This document shows, one piece after another, positions 26,932 through 42,722 of a stretch of DNA of 64,000 nt. The first letter of the stretch is position 1. Each line of letters opens with the position of its first letter. Origin of the DNA: Eledone cirrhosa (taxonomy: Eukaryota); assembly GCA_964016885.1 (NCBI GenBank), contig OZ024748.1, positions 38,564,001 to 38,628,000 of the forward strand, written 5' to 3'. The notes below the pieces were generated by a model that worked only from the letters and a program-made list of their open reading frames with translations, ran no database searches and was not told where the DNA came from. Made by a program: the position numbers and the translations under genes.

Positions 26932-27198
26932 ATATATTATATATATATATATATTATATATATATATATATTATATATAATATATATATATATATATTAT
27001 ATATATATATATTATATATATATATATATTATATATATATATATATTATATATATATATATAATATATATTTATATATAATATATATATATATATATATA
27101 TTATATAATATATAATATATATATTATATTATATATATATATATATTATATATATATATATATTATATATATATATTATATAATATATATATATATAT

Positions 27199-27232
<34 letters not shown>

Positions 27233-27241
27233 ATTATATTA

Positions 27242-27284
<43 letters not shown>

Positions 27285-27327
27285 ATATATTATATATATA
27301 TATATATTATATATATATATTATATTA

Positions 27328-27370
<43 letters not shown>

Positions 27371-27406
27371 ATATATTATATATATATATATATTATATAT
27401 ATATAT

Positions 27407-27438
<32 letters not shown>

Positions 27439-27440
27439 AT

Positions 27441-27495
<55 letters not shown>

Positions 27496-27801
27496 ATATA
27501 TATTATATATATATATTATATTATATATATTATATATATATATATATATTATATATATATATTATATTATATATATTATATAATATATATATATTATATA
27601 TATATATTATATTATATATATATATTATATATATTATATATATATTATATATATATATTATATATATATAATATTATATATATATATATATTTTATATAT
27701 ATATTATATATATATATATATTATATATATATATGTTTATATATATATATGTTATATATATATATATTATATATATATATTTTATATATATATTATATAT
27801 A

Positions 27802-27841
<40 letters not shown>

Positions 27842-28109
27842 TAATATATATATTATTATATATTATATTATATATTATATTATATATATATATAATATAT
27901 ATATATATATATTATATATTATATATATATATTATATATATATATTATATATATATATTATATATACATTATATATATATATTATATTATATATATATTA
28001 TATATATATATATTATATTATATATATATATTTATATATATATATATTATATATATATTATATATATGTATATATTATATATATATATTATATATGTATT
28101 ATATATATA

Positions 28110-28168
<59 letters not shown>

Positions 28169-28480
28169 ATTATATATATATTTATATATATATATATATT
28201 ATATATATATATATTATATATATTATATATATATATATATAATATATATATATATATTATATATATATATATATTATATATATATATATATTATATATAT
28301 TATATATATATATATATTATATATATATATATATTATATATATATATATTATATATATATATATATATTATAATATTATATATATATATATATTATATAT
28401 ATATATATATATATTATATATATTATATATATATATATTATATATATTATATATATTATATATATATATATTATATATAT

Positions 28481-28535
<55 letters not shown>

Positions 28536-28570
28536 TATATATATATAATATATATATATATTATATATAT

Positions 28571-28654
<84 letters not shown>

Positions 28655-28810
28655 TATATATATATATATTATTATATATATTATATATATATATATTATA
28701 TATATATATTATATATATATATATATATTATATATATATATATATTATATATATTATATATATATATATATTATATATATTATATATATGTATATTATAT
28801 ATATATATAT

Positions 28811-28842
<32 letters not shown>

Positions 28843-29155
28843 TATATATATATATATTATATATATATATATTATATTATATATATATATATTATATATA
28901 TATATATATTATATATATATTATATATATATATATATTATATATATATATTATATATATATATATATTATATATATTATATATATTATATATATATATAT
29001 ATTATATATATATTATATATATATATATATTATATATATATATATATCATATATATATATATATTATATATATTATATATATATTATATATATATATATA
29101 TTATATATATTATATTATATATATATATTATATATATATATATATTATATATATA

Positions 29156-29198
<43 letters not shown>

Positions 29199-29299
29199 AT
29201 ATATTATATATATATATAATTATATATATATATATATTATATATATATTATATATATATATATATTATATATATTATATATATATATATATTATATATA

Positions 29300-29330
<31 letters not shown>

Positions 29331-29480
29331 ATATTATATATATATATATTATATATATATATATATTATAATATATATATATATTATAATATATATATAT
29401 ATTATATATATATATATATTATATATATATATATATTATATATATATATATATTATATATATTATATATATATATATATA

Positions 29481-29529
<49 letters not shown>

Positions 29530-29763
29530 TATATATATTATATATATATATATAATATATATATTATATATATATTATATATATATATTATATATATATT
29601 ATATATATATATAATATATTATATATATATATATATTTTATATATATATATATTATATATATATATATTATATATATTTTATATATATATATTATATATA
29701 TTTATATTATATATATATTATATATATATATTATATATATTTATATTATATATATATTATATA

Positions 29764-29806
<43 letters not shown>

Positions 29807-29941
29807 ATATATTTTATATATATATATATTATATATATATATATTATATATATTTATATTATATATATATTATATATATATATTATATATATTTATATTA
29901 TATATATATTAATATATATTATTATATATATATATATTATA

Positions 29942-29987
<46 letters not shown>

Positions 29988-30521
29988 TATATATATATAT
30001 ATATTTTATATATATATTTTATATATATTATATATATATTATATATATATTATATATATATTATATTATATATATATATATTATATATATATATATTATA
30101 TATATATATATTATATATATATATATTATATATATATATTATATATATATATATAATATATATAAAATATATATATATATATAATATATATATATATATA
30201 ATATATATATATATATATAATATATATATATATATATAATATATATATATATATTTTATATATAATTATATATATATATATTATATATAATATATATAAA
30301 TATATATATATATATAATATATATATATATATATAATATATATATATTTTATATATATTATATATATATATAATATATATTTATATATATTTTATATATA
30401 TTATATATATATATATTATATATATATATTATATATATATATATAATATACATAATATAATATATATATATATAATATATATATATATATATAATATATA
30501 TATATATATAATATATATATA

Positions 30522-31095
30522 TTTCGTTTCTGAATTTGTTTAGCAAGATTCTTTTATCTGAAATCGTGTGTTGAAACCGATATTGTTATACTTTGGGAGG
30601 GTCATGTTGCCAATAAGAAACACACGCACCAGTTGCTCACTTCAATTTAATTTATTATATATTTATAAATTTACAAATTTATATATTTCTGGTTGGGTTG
30701 GTTGGTTCCACAACCAGATAGTTGTTTATATATATATAGTCATAGTTCTTTCGTCACACACTCTGTGACCTCTTCAGTGACTGGGGATTTCTTTCTTCGT
30801 TTCTGTGCCTTTCTTTTCTTCTATCCTACGCCATTTTGTTTCCAACAAAATGGCGTAGGATAGAAGAAAAGAAAGGCACAGAAACGAAGAAAGAAATCCC
30901 CAGTCACTGAAGAGGTCACAGAGGGTGTGACGAAAGAACTATGACTATATATATATAAACAACTATCTGGTTGTGGAACCAACCAACCAACCAGAAATTT
31001 GTAAATTATAAATATATAATAAATTAAATTGAAGTGAAAGCAACTGGTGCGTGTGTTTCTTATTGGCAACATGACCCTCCCAAAGTATAACAATA
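30522..31095. mobile_element. fold-back palindrome of family 5 pLTR with two HHRs (30738-30782 -, 30902-30946 +)
   Basis: arms 30581-30840 and 30844-31095 with a 3-nt loop; agtca CTGAAGA g gtcaca gaggg tgtgac GAAA gaac TA tgact; (TA)n on both sides. Confidence 0.88.
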
Positions 31096-31581
31096 TATAT
31101 ATATATATTATATATATATATTATATATATATATTATATATATTATATATATATATATTATATATATTATATATATATATATATTTTATATATATATTAT
31201 ATATATATATATATTTTATATATATATATATATTTTATATATATTATATATATATTATATATTTATATTATATATATATATATATATATTTTATATATAT
31301 ATATATATTATATATATATATATTATATATATTTTATATATTATATATGTATATATATTATATATATATTATATATATTATATATATATTATATATATTA
31401 TATATATATTATATATATATATATATTTTATATTTTATATATATTATATATATATATATATTATATATATATATATATAATATATATATAATATATATAA
31501 AATATTTTTATATATATAATATATATATAATATATATATACAATATTAAATAAATGGAAACTATATTTATAAAACCATATT

Positions 31582-31647
31582 TATTTTATTATATATATTT
31601 CATGGATATCATATTAACAATATGCTATGCCTTCCTCAGACAAAATA
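31582..31647 (-). ncRNA. type I hammerhead in the inverted pLTR (family 3)
   Basis: tattttgt CTGAGGA aggcatagcatatt gtt aatatgatatccat GAAA tatata TA ataaaata. Confidence 0.75.
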
Positions 31648-32659
31648 CAATATAAACACTTTTATAGATAAATAGATTCGACATACCGTAACAACATCTA
31701 CTTGCATTTGAGAAGGTTGATTTGGTAGTGACAAAATTGTACACAGGGAGAAAGAAAGAGAGAGAGAAAGAGAGAAAAGAGAGAAAAAAAAGAGAGAAAA
31801 AAGGAAAGAAAGACAGAAAACGAAGAAAAAGAAAAAGAAGAAATGCATGGAACAAAATAGAGAGATGAAAGATAGATAAAGAGAAGAACTTCATGTAAAG
31901 AAACAGAAAGATATATATATATATATATAGAGAGAGAGGAAATAGAGATAGATACATATATATAGAAAGCTAGGTAGTGGGACATCTGTTGAATAACGTA
32001 TCAATGATACATTTATTTATTTATTTAGCTCTAGTATTAATGTAAGGGAGATATATGGAGAGAAAACCAGCTGTTATATAGGGAGAGAAAAATATAGAGA
32101 GAGAAAAAAAAGAGAGAGAAAAAATTTAAAAATATCCAGACACAGGCGAGGCCGTAAAAACCTGTTTTAATGTAGAGGTATTAGTATTTACAAAACCAGC
32201 CTCTACGTTGTAAATATCAGTATTCCTGAATGAGATATGTATCCACAATGTGTGAAAATTAATGATCTTATGTTTAGTTTTTTTTAAAAAATTCATATGT
32301 TTATGTGATAATTACAAACGTCTATGTGAATGTACATGATCAATTCTGCAAACCCTAAGTTCACGGAAAGTATTCTCAATGCGGTATAAAAATTTAAGTA
32401 TACATATATGTGTATATAGAGTCAATATTACTATTTCTGTCTCTACTCTACAAGATTATCTATCAAGCAAAAAATAGAGCAGATTTCAATATACTAATAA
32501 AAATAAAAAATAAAAATATATCGGAAACAAAACTAAAATAACAATAATAATAATAAGTAATAATAAAATAGAAAACTAAGAAATATTACGAAAGAATATT
32601 ACATATTAAAAATAACGAAAGAATATTACATATTAAAAATATTACATAATAGCTTGTGG

Positions 32660-34172
32660 AAGGGAACTGGAGAGGTCGTTGAGTGGTTTAAGCAAATTAA
32701 AATATAACAATAATAATAAGTTTATTCAACTTGATATAGCTAACTATTATTCTTCTATTACCCCTAATCTACTAAATAAGGCACTAAATTACACATTCAA
32801 ACATACTGACCTAACTAGCAATGAAATGCATATTATATTATCGCTAGGAAAACTTTGATAGAATTTAATGACCAACTATGGACCAGAGCAGATAGAGATA
32901 GCAATTTTGACATTACTATGGGATCATCCGACTCAGCCCAGGTAACTGACCTTGTGGGCTTATTTTTAATCAATTCGCTACATAGGAAAATACCCGGTAC
33001 TACCGGAGGTTTATATAGAGACGACATGCTTTTACTTATTGATAATAATAACTCTGAACTAAATAGAAAATGTAAACAAATTACACAATTTTTTAATTAC
33101 TTTTAATCTTAAAATAGAAATTGAAAACAACCATAGAATAGTCAATTTCCTAGATATAACATTAAATCTCAACACATGTCTTCACTATCCTTTTCACAGT
33201 TGAATGAAAACTTAAACTATGTAAACTTTAACTCTAACCACCCCAGATCTGTCAAAAACACTATAGTAAACTCTGTCCAAAAACGTATCTCTAGGATCTC
33301 GTCGAATAGAAAGATTTTCGACGAAAAAGCCCAATACTACAATGAAGCATTAGCTAGAGCAGGATATGCTGATAAGATTGTGTACATAGATAATGATAGA
33401 CAAACTAAACAAAGTAACAACTTTTTTAATTACGGCAACATCCTTAACAACTATAATAGAAAGCATTACAATAATTCCAAAGGCCAAAAAAGAAATAGAA
33501 CTAGGAACATAATTTGGTTTGGCCCCCCTTTCTCACTAAACATTAAAACCCACATCGCTAAACTATTTTTTAAAGCTCTTGATAATCGCTTCCCTAGAAC
33601 ACATAGATATCACTCAATTTTCAATAGACATACTATTAAATTAACCTACTCATCCACCAAAAATTTAGCACAAATATCATAGAATAAATAATAGGAACTT
33701 AAAACCTAGTGATAACAGCATAAATAATATACAAGTTAACAAATGTAACTGTAGAGATAGATCTAAATGTCCGTTAAATAACAACTGCTTAGTTAAAAAT
33801 ATAGTATACAATTTGTAATGTTAATACTGACTCTAATTCTTTTAACTACGTCGGTTCCACATCGACAGAATTTAAACTTCGCTATAATAACCACAAGAAT
33901 TCTTTCACAGATCCAAGTAAAAAATCTTCAACGGCACTATCAGGCGTACTATGGAAACTTAAGCTAGATAACGTTAGATATTCGACGGCTTGGAATATAG
34001 TCTCAAGAGGGATTCCTTTTAATTCATCCTCTGAGACATGTGACCTCTGCGCAGAGGAGATATTCTTTATACTAAAATCTAAAAATTCCCTTAATCTACG
34101 GACAAATTTATTCAGTTGTTGCAAACATAGATTAAACTCAACGTTTAAATATAAATTTAAATTTAAAATGTA
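32660..34172 (+). pseudogene. frameshifted PLE reverse transcriptase plus GIY-YIG endonuclease (Naiad-like signature)
   Basis: LDIANYYSSI, FDITMGS, GLYRDD, SNHP, IIWFGPPFS, CNCR..CPL..CL..IVY, YVGST, CDLC..E, CKH. Confidence 0.85.
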
Positions 34173-35135
34173 GTATATTTAGTTTGATTTTAATTATATG
34201 GGAAACTAGCCGATAAATCTTTGATTCTCTTTTTATTCTTTTTATTTTTATTTATTTATTTTTATTTAAACATTCTTCATGAAAAATTAAGCTACCCTAA
34301 AAGTTGATGCTCCAAATATTTCGAATAAACGTTACACTAGATAAACTTCTATATTAAATATAAGAACACATGTAGACCAAATTGGGCATCCTATACTTGT
34401 TGAAATGATCTTTGCTAGATGCGATTTGATAGATAATTTTTGGCTTTATCTGTTTTTTCGACTCTGATGTTTATAATGAACTTGGCAATATATTGTCAAT
34501 TATTTTGAAGGGTTGATCTTTGTGGTTTATTTTATTTTTATTATTGTAGTATTTCCTAATATTTTATTTTTAATATTTTTAATATGTAAATTTTTTGAAT
34601 TATGTAATATTTTTAATATGTAATATTCTTTCGTTATTTTTAATATGTAATATTCTTTCGTATATTTCTTAGTTTTCTATTTTATTATTACTTATTATTA
34701 TTATTGTTATTTTTAGTTTTGTTTCCGATATATTTTTATTTTTTATTTTTATTAGTATATTGAAATCTGCTCTATTTTTTGCTTGATAGATAATCTTGTA
34801 GAGTAGAGAGAGAAATAGTAATATTGACTCTATATACACATATATGTATACTTAAATTTTTATACCGCATTGAGAATACTTTCCGTGAACTTAGGGTTTG
34901 CAGAATTGATCATGTACATTCACATAGACGTTTGTAATTATCACATAAACATATGAATATTTTAAAAAAAAACTAAACATAAGATCATTAATTTTCACAC
35001 ATTGTGGATACATATCTCATTCAGGAATACTGATATTTACAACGTAGAGGCTGGTTTTGTAAATACTAATACCTCTACATTAAAACAGAGGTTTTTACGC
35101 CTCGCCTGTGTCTGGATATTTTTAAATTTTTTCTC

Positions 35136-35335
35136 NNNNNNNNNNNNNNNNNNNNNNNNNNNNNNNNNNNNNNNNNNNNNNNNNNNNNNNNNNNNNNNNN
35201 NNNNNNNNNNNNNNNNNNNNNNNNNNNNNNNNNNNNNNNNNNNNNNNNNNNNNNNNNNNNNNNNNNNNNNNNNNNNNNNNNNNNNNNNNNNNNNNNNNNN
35301 NNNNNNNNNNNNNNNNNNNNNNNNNNNNNNNNNNN
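35136..35335. other. assembly gap (200 N)
   Basis: run of n. Confidence 1.
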
Positions 35336-37167
35336 CACCCCCAATACTACCACTACTACCACCAATACAACCACTACCACCACCACCAATACTACCACTA
35401 CTACCACCAATACAACCACTACCACCACCACCAATACTACAACTACTACCACCAATACTACCACTACCACCACCACAAATACTACCACTACCACCACCTA
35501 TATAATACTACTACTACCACCCCCAATACTACCACTACTACCACCAATACAACCACTACCACCACCACCAATACTACCACTACTACCACCAATACAACCA
35601 CTACCACCACCACCAATACTACCACTACCACCACCAATACTACCACTACTACCACCAATACAACCACTACCACCACCACCAATACTACAACTACTACCAC
35701 CAATACTACCACTACCACCACCACAAATACTACCACTACCACCACCTATAATACTACTACTACCACCCCCAATACTACCACTACTACCACCAATACTACC
35801 ACTACCACCACCTATAATACTACTACTACCACCCCCAATACTACCACTACTACCACCAATACAACCACTACCACCACCACCAATACTACCACTACTACCA
35901 CCAATACTTCCACTACCACCACCACCAATACTACCACTACTACCACCAATACTACCACTACCACCACCAATACTACCACTAGCACCACCTATACTACCAA
36001 TACCACCACCACCAATACTACCACTACCACCACCAATACTACCACTAGCACCACCTATACTACCAATACCACCACCAATACTACCACTACCACCACCAAT
36101 ACTACCACTACCACCCCACCAATACTACCACTACCACCACCAATACTACCACTACCACTACTACCACAACCAATACTACCACAACCAATACTACCACTAC
36201 CACCACCAATACTACCACTACTACTACCACTACCACCACCACTAATACAACCACCACTACCACCAATACTACCACTATCACCACCACCAATACTACCACT
36301 ACCATCACCACCAATACTACCACTACCACCACCAATACTACCACTACTACCACCACCAATACTACCACTACTACCACCAATACTACCACTACCACCACCA
36401 ATACTACCACTACTACCACCAATACTACCACTACCACCACCAATACTACCACCACCACCAATACTACCACTACCACCACCAATGCTACCACTACTACCAC
36501 CAATACTACCACTACCACCACCAATACTACCACTACTACCACCACCAATACTACCACCACCACCAATACTACCACTACCACCACCAATGCTACCACTACT
36601 ACCACCAATACTACCACTACCACCACCAATGCTACCACTACTACCACCAATACTACCACTACCACCACCAATACTACCACTACTACCACCAATACTACCA
36701 CTACCACCACCACCAATACTACCACTACTACCACCAATACTACCACTACCACCACCAATACTACCAATACCACCATCACCAATACTACCACCACCAATAC
36801 TACCACTACTACCACCAGTACTACCACTACCACCACCAATACTACCACTACCACTACTACCACAACCAATACTACACAACCAATACTACCACTAACACCA
36901 CCAAAACTACCATTACCACCACCAATACTACCACTACCACCACAATACTACCACTACCACCACCAATACTACCAATACCACCACCACCAATACTACCACT
37001 ACCACCACCAATACTACAACCAATTCCACCACCTCCACTTCTACTACCACCACCACTTCTACTACCACTACCACTACTACTACCACTACCATCACCACCA
37101 CTTCTACTAGCACTACCACCACCACTACTACTACTACCAATACCACTACCACCACCACTACCACTAT
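35336..37167. repeat. (CCA/CTA/ATA) low-complexity minisatellite, ~21-24-bp periodicity
   Basis: ccaatactaccactaccacca repeated. Confidence 0.95.
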
Positions 37168-37189
37168 CAGTTCCTCCTCACTAACTTAC

Positions 37190-37271
37190 CTGCCGGAAAG
37201 TTCTTTGATCTCAACGAGAGCGGTCACGTGATAGTAACCTTTCTTTCTGACATTTTTCTCAAAATATTTAT
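37190..37271 (-). CDS. putative 82-nt internal exon (xKYFEKNVRKKGYYHVTALVEIKELSG) of an unidentified gene
   Basis: gCTAACtctttAG acceptor, cag|GTAAGT donor, single open frame, unique island between repeats. Confidence 0.5.
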
Positions 37272-37302
37272 CTAAAGAGTTAGCATTGCCTTTACATATA
37301 AC

Positions 37303-37384
<82 letters not shown>

Positions 37385-37494
37385 CTGGCCTTGTGCCAAA
37401 AGTAGAAACAATTATATTATATGTGTGTATATATATATATACATACATATACGCGCTAGCATAAAAACAGAAATATATGAATATATATATATAT

Positions 37495-38405
37495 ATTTCG
37501 TTTCTGAATTTGTTTAGCAAGATTGTTTACGTGTGTTGAAACCGATATTGTTATACTTTGGAAGGGTCATGTTGCCAATAAGAAACACATGCACCACAGT
37601 TTCACTTCAATTTATTATAAATTAAAAAATTTGTTTATAAATTTCCGGTTGGTTGGTTGGTTCAAAACCGGACGGTTGTTCATATATTGTCAAAGTTCTT
37701 TCGTCACACATTCTATGACGTCATCAGTGACCGGGGATTCTTTTCTTTGTTTTGTGCCTCTTCTTTGTTCTGTCCTACGCCATCTTGTTTTTGTGTGTAT
37801 TGTGTGCTTAGTTTGCGCATGTGTTACATCCGGGTGTCTGTGTGTGTTTTTATTTGTTTGTTTATTTTCATGTTACTAGTTAATTGTTTGTTCTATGTGT
37901 GTGTGTTTTCTTTTTTCCTTAATTATAAATTGTGATGTTGCTATTCCATTCATGTTTTCTATTTAATTTTGGTTGGAGTTCATTTATGTTTATTGCCTCT
38001 GTGATTTGTCTAAACATTGCGTCTTTTCTGTATGTAGATTTTATTTTTTATTTTTATTTCTATGTTCTCTAATTTGCCCTTATGTTCTATTTTAGCATGT
38101 TGGTGGAGTACTGATGAGTCGTTTATATCTTGGAGTTCTCGCCAGTGTTCATTTAATCGTTCTCCTATGCTCAGTACATCTTATGCTATATACTATGTTT
38201 CTAGTTTTACAGTTAATAGGGGGCTTAGTTCACAGATTATGCATTTCTTATCTATACAGGGAGGTCTTTGAAAAGGGTATGCATTACTAATAAGTGTTTT
38301 TATGGAGGTACCTGGTCTTTCCACTATCTTAATATTTATAATAAATTGAAGTGAAAGCGACTGGTGCGTGTGTTTCTTATTGGCAACATGACCCTCCCAA
38401 AGTAT

Positions 38406-38412
<7 letters not shown>
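37495..38412 (-). mobile_element. Penelope-like element remnant: GIY-YIG fragment (37925-38330) plus family 5 pLTR with HHR (37689-37731) and a short inverted pLTR (38335-38412)
   Basis: - strand KIVERPGTSIK..C..KKCIIC..CKTRNIVYSI..GERLNEH..SVLHQH..DAMFRQITEA..PKLNRKHEW; gtca CTGATGA c gtcata..tgtgac GAAA gaac TT tgac. Confidence 0.8.
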
Positions 38413-38442
<30 letters not shown>

Positions 38443-38489
38443 AAGGAAAAGCGAAGTAGTTTAAGATGTTCAAGTCTTTTAATAATAAT

Positions 38490-38563
38490 GCTGTGATATA
38501 TATTTCAATGGCGACAGTGGCCACACTGTTCCGTGCGCCAGTGTCGCGACATCGTCAGACAGC
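38490..38563 (-). ncRNA. type I hammerhead with branched stem II
   Basis: gctgt CTGACGA tgtcgcgaca c tggcg..cgcca tt GAAA tatata TC acagc. Confidence 0.75.
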
Positions 38564-39723
38564 TTATTACATAATAAGGTTATGTTTCCGAGGCAATCCA
38601 AATTGAATCGAATTTAGCTCCAATTAGTTGAGCGCTCTATGATGTAACCGATATGGTGGAGAAGAGAGGAACCAGCCACGAGCTGCACCCGGAAATTCCC
38701 TCTACCATGGAGATGGAACCCCTGATACTGGATGGACATAATAATAACTTTCGGCAGGATAAATACGCGGAAATAAAAACAAAGATAAACCCCTATTTTC
38801 CTGCACCAAATCGCATTTGAACAGAGACCCCCTCAATTCAATCTATACATGGAAAAATTGACAATCGTATTGATCATCTATCTCATTTTGCATATATGTA
38901 ATCTGTGTTTTTGCATTTATTCATTTATTAGTTTTTTTCTTTCGTGTACTTTATATCTGTTTTTTTTTTGTGTTCCATGTGATGGAAATTCTAACTATGT
39001 ACCCGACTAACTACTGCCTTTCATACTGTAATTTACCCTCCGTTCTACTGTACGGTACTATCGTTCAGTATGTAGATAATATAACTGTAACATTAATACC
39101 CCTTTCAAAACTTCTTACTTAACCATCTCTCTGCATATTATTTACTCACTTCAATCTATATTTTTTTTACTCACCTCAATCCAGATTCTCACTTGAAAAA
39201 TTTTTAATTTTTAATTGTTAATTTTTAATTTCTAATTTTTAATATTTGATTTCTGATTTTCGATTTTAAATTTTAATTTTTAGTTCTAATTTCCAACTCT
39301 CATTCATACCTTCCACTGTGAAACCATGATACCTAGAATTAAGTATATTTTCTCTTAGAGGTTGATGGTCAATTATACTGTCCATGCTTAATGAGAGGTA
39401 GTATTGAGACCTATAGATACTCACACTCTCCCATCCCCACTGGCTTTCGACTGACTGCCACAGACGGGATAGGTAGCAGTAACCTATATTACAGGCCTGA
39501 ATAGGTCATTGTTTGGCTGAGAGGGGGAACTGACTAAGCGAATTTCGTTGAAATCTGCGGTAGCTAATGGTCAACTTCCTTCGGACCTGCGCCTGCGCAG
39601 ACCGGTGGGGGTGAATTGGTACTCACAGAGGAATGAATGAAGAACCCAAGAGCACACACTTCGTCCGTTCCCATGTCGATTCAATTTGGATTGCCTCGGA
39701 AACATAACCTTATTATGTAACAA

Positions 39724-39797
39724 GCTGTCTGACGATGTCGCGACACTGGCGCACGGGACAGTGTGGCCACTGTCGCCATTGAAATATATATCACAGC
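39724..39797 (+). ncRNA. type I hammerhead with branched stem II
   Basis: gctgt CTGACGA ... GAAA tatata TC acagc; palindromic ATATATAT. Confidence 0.78.
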
Positions 39798-39924
39798 ATT
39801 ATTATTAAAAAACTTGAACATCTGAAACTACTTCGCTTTTCCTTATTCGATATTTACTCCGTCACTCCTATGTGGAATAAGTACGTTGAGTGCTTGAATT
39901 GAATTGCATCAATATTTACCCTAA

Positions 39925-39990
<66 letters not shown>

Positions 39991-39994
<4 letters not shown>

Positions 39995-40378
39995 ATAATA
40001 ATAAATTTGAAGATTAAAATCCAAAGAGGGTTCGATAAGAATAAATATATATCAAATATATAAGAACCATAGAGCGAATATATTTATTAAAATTCCTGAA
40101 TAGAATTTTAGTCTACGACATCATTTATACCATAAACGTGGTTTTGTCTTTGTGTGTAATTGTTATCATCGATCCACATAATGACATATTATCTTCGTTT
40201 TTTTTTCGTTCATTGCCAGGGAACGTCTCCACGAACCAAAGTATCGTCTTCCTGTTTTCCCTCGGTTGTAACGTTTTTCGAAATATTTACTTCTGCGTTC
40301 ACAGATTGATTTTTTTAGTTTCAGAAGATCCCGTTAAGAGTGAAAGCAGCGATTCTTTGATTAAACTTTAATCTGTTA

Positions 40379-40385
<7 letters not shown>
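39991..40385. mobile_element. solo rearranged family 10 pLTR with HHR-like motif at 40317-40367 (+)
   Basis: 39991-40092 matches 44721-44820; 40098-40385 matches 46806-47058; (TA)n on both sides. Confidence 0.8.
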
Positions 40386-40460
<75 letters not shown>

Positions 40461-40490
40461 AGAGGGGAGAGAGAGAGATGAATAGATAGA

Positions 40491-42722
40491 TTTCTTTATT
40501 TGCCACAAGGGCGCACAAGGAGAGGGGAAAATACATAGACACATGCCGGGGATTTTACATACAGTCGTGTAAAAATATAAAACAATCAATTACAACAATC
40601 TAAATCCCCAATAGATGGGAGGCGCCACAAATGGGTTGTTTAATACCCCGTCGATAGAACAACCCTCAACTTCAGGAGCGTGTTGTGCAAGTGCTCCTTT
40701 TTTCCTTTTGCTCTCTTCTTTAACATACAGGCTTATAAACAGAAAAGGCCCAATCACTCTGGCCATTTTCGCTTCATTCACCCACCTTTCAGTAAATTTA
40801 CTGCCTCCCTCTCCACTCTGATTCTCCTTCTAAAGTGATACTTAAAGAAGGGAATCAATTGTTGTCCGGAGAGAAAGGCATCTGTCCTCAGTCTTGTCAA
40901 TCTCGTCCACCATATAACCTCTTTCACCATAGCTAATGTACAGAGGAAAACCGCCTCTCTTTCGTTTTTGAAAGAGGCTGGCGGTTTGATCCTTACTATG
41001 GACTCGGCAGTCAACTGGATTTGTCCCATACGCGACAGCAGTTGTTCTGCATAGTTCCACAGGTCGGCTACGCCCGGGCAGTGTACAATTGCGTGCAAGA
41101 CGGTTTCAATGTCCTACTCGCATCTTGGACACATCCTCTTGGAAGGAGTCCTGCCGGGCGTCTGTGCCTGTAAATCTTGTCTCGAACGGGTAGAGCTCCT
41201 CGGTAGCATTGCCAGACCAGGGACCTCTGGAAGTTGTCCATAGGTCCCGGGCGGAACTCCTGCCGATCAGACTGGTGAGCTTGTCGTCTTCGACGCCTCG
41301 AGTCTCACCGAGCACGTCGTCGCACTTGTAAAGTACTAACCCTCTATAGAATGTCGAAGTGGAGTCTCCACTGATTGCTGTGCCCGCTTGACAGAGGACC
41401 GTGAGCGCCTGGGCTCATTCAATGTGCCAAGCGCCCATCTTCTTCAGTCTTCGCTTGACCCAGGACTGCAGCTCCGTCAGCGAGACAAGTTGTGGGAAGG
41501 CCTGTCTCACAAACGGTGCCCACACCGTTTGGTGGGTGAGGAATACCTGGAGATGCCGTAGCCTTAGCGCATGTTTGCGCATCATTAGCCACGGCTTGCC
41601 CAGCCCTCCGTTGGAAGGGTGTTGACAGCAGACGGATCTCCTCACCAGTGGAGCCTGCTTCTTCCACAGGAACTGGAAGAGCATGCGTTCCATCTTGGTG
41701 AGGTATTCACGGGGACAAGGCACGACGGTCAAGCCGTAGTAGATAACGGACGCTATGAAAGTGTTGCCACCTCCGCTCGACCTTTCAATGATAGTTTGCA
41801 CCCTGCCCACTTCTGGATGAGCGCAAATTATTTGGCCGCGACCTCGTTCCAGTTTTTCTCCACCTGGAGGTCTGGACCGAACCAGACCCCGAGCAATATC
41901 ACCGGTCCGTCCGTCCAGCGTCCGACGACGCTGACGGACGGCCATGGTTTACTTCTCCACGTTCCGAGTTGCAAACCGACAGACTTGTCCGGATTCAGTT
42001 TTGCTCCTGTGAACCTTTCGTATTCCTCTAGTAGGTTGCCGATTACCTCGATTTCCGAGGTTTTCGGCAACATTACCGTCACGTCGTCGGCATAAGCCGA
42101 CGCCGCTTTTCGCAGTCCCGGTTCTAAAGGGATACCCTGCAAATGTTCCAGCTTCTGCAGTAGTGGCTCTAAAGTCAATATGTACAGAATGGAGGAGAGA
42201 GGGCATCCCTGTCGAATGGAACGCGTGATTGCGAACGGCTCCGATAGGTAGTCGTTCACCTCTGAAAACGGGACCGAAACCGGCCGCCTTGAGAACCGCT
42301 TCCAAGTATTGATGGTCGACCCTATCGAATGCCTTAGACTGATCTAAATTGATCAGAGCTCCACCGAAGCCTGGTTTACACCCCAACCTCTCTATGATGT
42401 ATCGCATAAGGTGGAGGTTGTCGTGCATGGACCTGGTGTGGATTGCACACGTTTGTGCTTTCCCTACGAAGTTTTCAACGACAAGCGCCAGCCTCGTTGC
42501 TAGGACCTTGGCCAAAATCTTTAACTCTGTGTTGAGCAGAGTTATGGGCCTGAAGTTGTTACTTTCGTCCCTCTTGTTCTCGTCTTTCTTGATCAGCGTT
42601 ACTACGCCCTTGCCTTCAGAACTGGGAATTGTCCCGTTCTGCTGCCGATTGCAGTAGACAGCTTCGAGGACACCAGAGAACAAGTCCGGCATGCTTATGT
42701 AAAACTCATAGGGTAAACCATC
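40491..42722 (-). mobile_element. 5'-truncated, frameshifted non-LTR retrotransposon ORF2 (Tx1/L1 clade)
   Basis: NFRPITLLNTELKILAKVLATRL, LDQSKAFDRVDH, SIRQGCPLS, YADDV, LGVWFG, GGLG, HAIVHCP; AATAAA at the 3' end. Confidence 0.9.

Larger units (their letters stand above)
31548..35135 (+). mobile_element. Penelope-like retroelement (5'-truncated) with an inverted upstream pLTR; 3' pLTR runs into the assembly gap
   Basis: 32115-32650 is the reverse complement of ~34590-35135; RT and GIY-YIG remnants lie between. Confidence 0.88.
38439..39927. mobile_element. ~1.5-kb element between (TA)n tracts with ~170-bp inverted repeats (38439-38610 / 39677-39848), each carrying an HHR, family 9
   Basis: reverse-complement match; no recognisable internal ORF. 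Confidence 0.8.

Noticed and set aside
38107-38125. agta CTGATGA gtcg as a hammerhead start
   Set aside because: No matching GAAA or stems follow; it is the antisense of the PLE endonuclease coding sequence (DSSVLH)
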